Assembly: GCF_009914755.1 (NCBI RefSeq)
Contig: NC_060926.1
Length of the DNA stretch: 64,000 nt
Reading direction: 5' to 3' (one strand)
Source of the DNA: the human T2T-CHM13v2.0 reference genome, Homo sapiens
The stretch's first letter is position 1, and each line of letters opens with the position of its first letter. The position numbers were made by a program, and so were the translations under genes. Below the pieces are notes generated by a model. That model did not search any database. It saw only the letters and a program-made list of their open reading frames with translations, and was not told where the DNA came from. This document shows, one piece after another, positions 57,900 through 64,000 of the stretch.

Positions 57900-58410
57900 A
57901 GGGATGTTTTTAACTGCCATTAACAGAAAACCCAACTCAAAGGGGCTTAACCAATAAGAAATTTATTATCTCCTATAACAAGAAACCGCAAGGTAGGCTA
58001 GCTCCAGAAAAGGTTAATTTAGCAGCTCAATGGCATCATCAAGGACCCAGATGCTATCCTCAGTGCTGCTGTCAGCTTCAGGCTGGCAGCTGGATGCCTA
58101 TAGTGGTTCCATGCACAATATCCAGAGCGTCTCGGGAGAATGAAATGAGAAACCTTCCCAAAGTACCCCTTATAGACTTCTTCTTGAATCTCACTGGCCA
58201 GGATTGGGTCACAAGCCCATGCCTAAGCCAATCACAGGTAAGAGAAGTGGAACGGCTCTCATTGGCTTGAACCAATCGGGATCCACCTTCAGGGGCTACA
58301 GATGGCCGCAGCTGGGCTAAAGCCCGAGGCTGGCTGGGAGAAGGCGGAAGCCCGAATAAAATCAGTCTCTGTTGGTGAGGAAGAAGGTAAACTCCAGCTG
58401 AGAAGACCAA
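57900..58410 (-). mobile_element. Old MaLR LTR (MLT1J/K-like)
   Basis: taacagaaaacccaactcaaaggggcttaac...ctcactggccaggattgggtcacaagcccatgcctaagccaatcac. Confidence 0.75.
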
Positions 58411-59400
58411 CCCCAGGAGCTAACAGATAGCGGGAACTCAATACATAGAGTTATTTTCTTTAAGTGACTTGCCAAAGGGCACAGAGCTATAAGTGGCAGA
58501 ACCAGAACTCAAATCCAGAAAGAGAACAAGGATGCTAAAGATAAACTGGGCTTAGTTCACAGCTGCTCCCATGACAGTCCCCATGGTGGAGGGGCCTCTT
58601 CCTCTGGGAGTCCGGCTGTTTTGTCACCCTGAAAGTGAAGGGCACAGCAATGCTTTCTGAGGTAGGGGACCCCTCCTCCACCATGGCCCCAGGAATCCCT
58701 CCTCTGCCAACATCCAGCCAGCCCAGCTATCACATCACAGCTGCATTTTTCTGCTCTTCTCTACAAAATAACTCCAAGGAGGTTGACAGTTTTTCCTCTG
58801 TCCGCATTTGATCTATAGCTGCAATTACAAGCTTTCCTTCACAATGCCTGCATGCCAACAGATGTCTTTTGCAAGTCAGCAATGCTGCCATCACAGCTGC
58901 TGGCTCAAACTCCCAGCATGTGTGCTACTGAAGACCTTTCCCTCCACATTCTGAGGGATGCCAGGCTCTGCCCCCACCCCCTCCCACACTAGCTGGGTCT
59001 GAGCTGCCTGGGATATATCAGAGTTGGGTGAGAGGTTAATGATCTATTTCAACAGAGACCCCAAAAGACAGGAGAGACTACTCCCTCCACCCAAAACCCA
59101 CCTGGGATGGCTCAGAAAGCAAGGTCTGCAAACACGGGGGATAGGGGTGGGCTACCTGCCCAGAGCTTCCTCCCAAATGAGATCTTTACCATATGTTTCA
59201 GTGGGGATCCCATCCTTAAGAACAGACAAACTTGTGGGCCATGTTTGATTAGTTCTCCAACTTCATTTCTGCCCCTTCTTGCTACCTCTTCCTAAAATGG
59301 CCACTCTGGAGTCAGTATTTCTGGGTTCAAGTCTTCACTCTGCTCTTGAACCAGTTCTTTACCTCTCTGTGTCCCAAATTCCTTTTGTAACATGGAAATC

Positions 59401-59753
59401 GTATTTCAGGTTGCTATCACAGAGTACCATCGACTGGGTGGTTTACACAACAAGCATTTATTTCTCACAGTTCTGGAGGGTAGAAGTTCAAGATCGGGGT
59501 GTTTCATGCATGGGCAGGTTCTGATGAGGGCCTCTTCCAGGTTGCAGACTGCCAACTTCTCTGTGTCCTCACACAGTGGAAAAAGAACTAGCTAGATCTC
59601 TGGCCTCCTTTTATAAGGGCACTAACCCCATTCACAAGGGCTCCACCTTCATGACTCAATCACCTCCCAAAGGCCCCACCTCCCAATACCATCACATTGG
59701 GGGTTAGGGTTTCAACATGAATTTTCAGGAACAGAAACACTCAGTTCATAATA
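59401..59753 (-). mobile_element. MLT1A-like LTR inserted in a MIR (~59310-59860)
   Basis: catttatttctcacagttctggagg...cacctcccaaaggccccacctcccaataccatcacattggggg. Confidence 0.88.
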
Positions 59754-62073
59754 GATAGTATCTACCCCATAGAGCTATTTTGAGTGTTAAATAAGATTCA
59801 ATTTAAGTCCTTAGTTTAGTGTCTGGCATAAAATGCGTACTCTCCCTATGTTGGTTTTTATTACTACTATCTGAGTTCCTTTTTAAATCTGGAGTAACTG
59901 CTCATTACCACTTATGGAGCATCTCACAGAGCAACCTGGACACTCTACAGGTTGTCTCCACAGTGATCCTCACAATCACCAGGAAGATAACATCCCCATC
60001 CCCTGGGATGAGCAAACGCAGGCTGCGGGAGCTAGGAACCTGTCCAGGGTCTCACTGCTAGGTATCAGGAAAGTGGAAATTGCAACCCAGATCTGAGTCA
60101 AGAGCCCACCCTTTTTCACTATGCCAACTGCTTGCAAATTCATTTTATGTGAGTCATTTTTTTTGAGGAATTTGTGGGAATCAGGAATACTCTGAGGTGT
60201 GGGAAGGGGGCATCACCAAGTAGGACACAATGCCAGGATTCCAGAGGTCACCAGGCATCCTGGGCCTTCTCTAAGGAAACAAGCTGGGGTCTGCAGAACC
60301 CTCCCAACCTCCTGCATCTGTGACGTATGTTGTCTGCTACCTGATTCTCCATCAAGATTTGGGGGAACCTGTTAAAGGAGAATAGCCTTCAAAGTCACCA
60401 CGTGGAAGCAAGCCAGGCCCATTAGGGCAGGGAGTGCTGCTGTGGCCTTCTGCAGGAAAAAATGTCTCTCTGTACCTTCTCACTGTCTTCCTGGGCCAAT
60501 TCAGATATCCACTGGGTCACTGCACTAGTGGGTGGGGTCACCGTGCCTGTTTAAAAACCCCAGTGCACATGGGCGTGGCCCCTTTCCTGCTCTGCCAGGG
60601 CAGTGCTGAGCCTGGGGCTGGCTCCCCAGCCCTCATCCACTTTGCAGAGTGCAGGGAGGAAAAGCCCAGGGGCTGCTCTCCCTTACAGCAGGTGCTTCTC
60701 TGTTGATGTTCCTCCCCCACCTGTTTCCAAGTAGCCCGAGACATGTCTTTCTCGCACCTTCTTCTTCCCCTGCTGCAAGCCCACTCCCGTTCAGACAGCG
60801 TGAACCTGAGTCTTTTTCCTGGCAGGCCACCTGGGCCACGAAGGCCCACACATCGAGGCACCTGCTGCTTCTTAGTGCTGGCCTTTGCTCACCTAAGACT
60901 CAGGTGTGGCCATAGGAGAAAGAGGTTCTTTGGCGCAAGGCTATGGGGCCTGACAAGCTGAGGAGAAAGGTGGCCACAGCATTGCTTCCTAGGTTGGCGC
61001 AGGGGGTCAAAGCCCCAGCTGGCAACAAGGTATCCTATTACTTTGCTTTACGTTTTTTGTAATGGATTGAGGGGTTAGGAAAGATTTGAGTACTTCTGGG
61101 TCGTCTGATGGAATATGCATCTAAAGCCATCTCCATATCACCATGACACCTGGAGTGGACAGTGGCAGCTACTGAAAAAAGAAAAGAAATTTTAAAAGAA
61201 AAGAAAGAAAGAAAGAAACAGGAGGGTGAGTGGTGTCCTTGAGCCTTTGGAGATGAAAAGGTTGTGTCTTTGGCCCTTGGGAGTGTGCAGTTGAAAGACC
61301 CACTTCCCTGGCATGTGGCCACTGACCCTAAAAGCATTTAATTTTGTAAGGGTGACAAGTCCAAGAAAGATAAGAAGCTGGAGGTTGGAGGGCAGATTAT
61401 GGGGAGGAGGAGCACAGAGCAGGAGAGACAGCTATGTCTTGTGCCCCATGGAGCTAGCAAAGCACCTAGACTCAGATCCAATCCTTTCATGTTCTGTAGA
61501 CAAGTCTAGTGATCCCAGGGTGGCAGGGAAGGGCTAGAAGCAGCTCCTGACAAACCACCCATGTGTCCCATAGCAGACCAGAGCCTGGTTTCAGGCCTTC
61601 GGTCTTTAGGGTGAGGATGTGATAGCCAAGGCCAAAGTCCAGCTGGCCGGGGGGAATGTGGGCCGGGTCCTCGGGAGGGAGGTTGTGGCTGGGGCTGCAA
61701 ATTTGAGAGCACACATTGAACATACAGTAATGGGTGACTCTGTGTGGGGATGGAGTGGGGCTGAATGGGATCTGAGGAGAGAGAGGTGGGGAGGGCTGAC
61801 CTCTGGGAACACCGCGTTCTCAGGAAACAGCAGTTCCTGTTGTAAAACCTGGCTCCTCGCCTGTGACAAACTTCCTGATTCTGAACTGTACAATGGCTCT
61901 CAGTGCTGGCACCTTCTTGGGAGGAGCAGGAAGTGGGGGTGGCGGGGGGACCTCACCTTAGTGAAGACCTACTGTGTGCTGTCGTTGTGCCTCATGACAT
62001 TTACCGACTCCTTCGGAAGCAGGTGCTGCTGTTCCCACTGTGCAGATGTGTGAGGCTGATTCCTACCTCGTAG

Positions 62074-62431
<358 letters not shown>

Positions 62432-62925
62432 TAAGCCCCAAGCTGGGATTGCAGGGACCTACATTCTTGTTCCGGTTGAGTCACTAACTACCTAGGTGTG
62501 CTAGGGCAGGGCCTGTCACTTCTTTGGGACTCAGATTCCTTGCCTGTAAAGAAGGTTGGCCCTCAGAGCCCCCTTGCAATTTTAAGGTTCTAGAATTCCA
62601 CTTTTGGGACCAGCTGGTGCCCCATGAACAGCTTGTTGTGGTTCCTACATTAGTTTAGATTGGGGTGTCCTACAAGTCCCTGTGGTGAGAAAGGGCAGTC
62701 TTCCTCCCGCAGCGAGTCAGAGCCTACCTTGGCAGAGGCGTCGGCCTTCCTAATGGGCTGAATCTCCCTCTGCCTCTGAATTATGTTCAACTCGACAAAT
62801 ACTGACTGGGCCGATCAGCATGCCTGGCTCTGTGCTGAGTGTCACTGAACTCGAGGAACTTCCCTCCAGGAATTCTGAGTCTAGTAGAATAGACAGGCAA
62901 TGAAACCTTACTGAGAGAAGCGCAG

Positions 62926-63009
62926 GGCTGGGCATGATGGCTCATGCCTGTAATCCCAGCACTTTGAGATGCTGAGGCGGGAGGATTGCTCGAGGCCAGG
63001 AGTTCGAGA
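62926..63009 (+). mobile_element. Tailless Alu/FLAM 5' fragment inside an L2
   Basis: Direct repeats gagagaag(c/g)gca at 62913-62924 and 63008-63019. Confidence 0.8.
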
Positions 63010-63565
63010 GAGAAGGGCAAGAGACAAGGTCCATGAAGGGAAAAATTCACTCCATCAGGGAGGTCAGGGATGGTTTCATAGAGGAGATGGTTCCTAGGTT
63101 GGATTTTGAAGAATGAATAAGAGTTCGACAGATTGACAAGGCACGTAAACTTCTCTAGGCAGAGGAAATAGAATGTGCAAAGGCACGTCGTTACGAAACA
63201 GCATAGTACAGAGGAAAACTGCAAGGGTCTGAACTGAAATGAAGACAAGAGGAGCACCAGGAATGAGGCGGAGCGGCACGTGGGAGCAAAGCACACAGGT
63301 GTCCCTGACCACACGCCTCCTTCCTAGCGCTCTCCTGATGGGATAGTTAGTGGTCCCTCAGCCCACCCAACCCGACCTAAAACAGCTTCCAGGTTCCAAA
63401 CAGCATCTCTCCTTCTGTCTTGGAGGCCCAGAGTTCTGTTTCCCATAATAAGAAGCAGGAAACTGAGGACCTGGGAGAGATGAAGGGACCCACCCCAGGA
63501 TCTGCCAGTGCAGCCCCTTGGCTCATCTGTCCTGTGGCTCATCTTCACCTATCTTCCCTTTAGAC

Positions 63566-63751
63566 CCATGGCTCTCAACAGGGGGCACCTTTGACAAAGT
63601 CTTGAGAGGATTTTGGTTTTCATGATGGGGTGCTACTGGCATCTAATGGGTAGAAGCTGGGGATTCTGCTTCCTGAAATGCACAGGACAGCCCTCAAAAC
63701 AAAGAAGCCTCCAGCCCAAAATGTCACCAGTGCCAAGGTTGAGAAGCCCTG
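63566..63751 (+). mobile_element. MER20 hAT MITE
   Basis: gtgctactggcatctaatgggtaga...ccagcccaaaatgtcaccagtgccaaggttgagaagccctg; 8-bp TSD ct(t/g)tagac. Confidence 0.9.
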
Positions 63752-64000
63752 CTGTAGACAGGGGTGTCAGGGGTGTCAGGGGTGGTCCTGCCCACAGAGG
63801 CCAGAAGGAGCCCAGATGCCTGAGCAGGGCTCCCCGGAAGGCTCTCTACTGATGAGAGTAATTCTGATAATAGCAATAGTTATAGTCCATGTGCCCATGT
63901 CACCAATGAGGCTTAGAGAGGCTGTGAACTACCCAAGGTCCCTCACAGGCAGGAGCAGGGCCAGACCTGAACCCCCCGTTTCTGGCCTCCTAGGCCAAGC

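Noticed and set aside
63759-63786. (CAGGGGTGT)x3 as a G-quadruplex or telomere-like repeat
   Set aside because: Only three full G-tracts and very short; an ordinary micro-tandem.

Overview
Primate (most likely human) euchromatic non-coding DNA, moderately GC-rich and dominated by interspersed repeats: about 25 Alu/FLAM copies, a young L1PA ORF2 fragment, old L1M, L2 and MIR, MaLR/ERV1 solo LTRs, and hAT and Tigger DNA-transposon relics. I can support no protein-coding gene, RNA gene or CRISPR array; the ORF track is almost all Alu-derived, low-complexity or chance ORFs, apart from disrupted L1 ORF2. The most unusual structure is a tailless, TSD-flanked Alu at ~33.2-33.5 kb carrying an inverted 88-bp copy (85/88 identical) of sequence 3 kb upstream. 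Several other non-canonical, 3'-truncated retroposon insertions are present. Non-repeat islands carry clustered STAT/NF-kB, HOX/MEIS and AP-1/NRF2 motifs, suggesting an intergenic or intronic enhancer landscape. Repeat family names are recalled from consensus sequences, not from a database search. The locus identity is not established, and I found no convincing novel multi-gene system.
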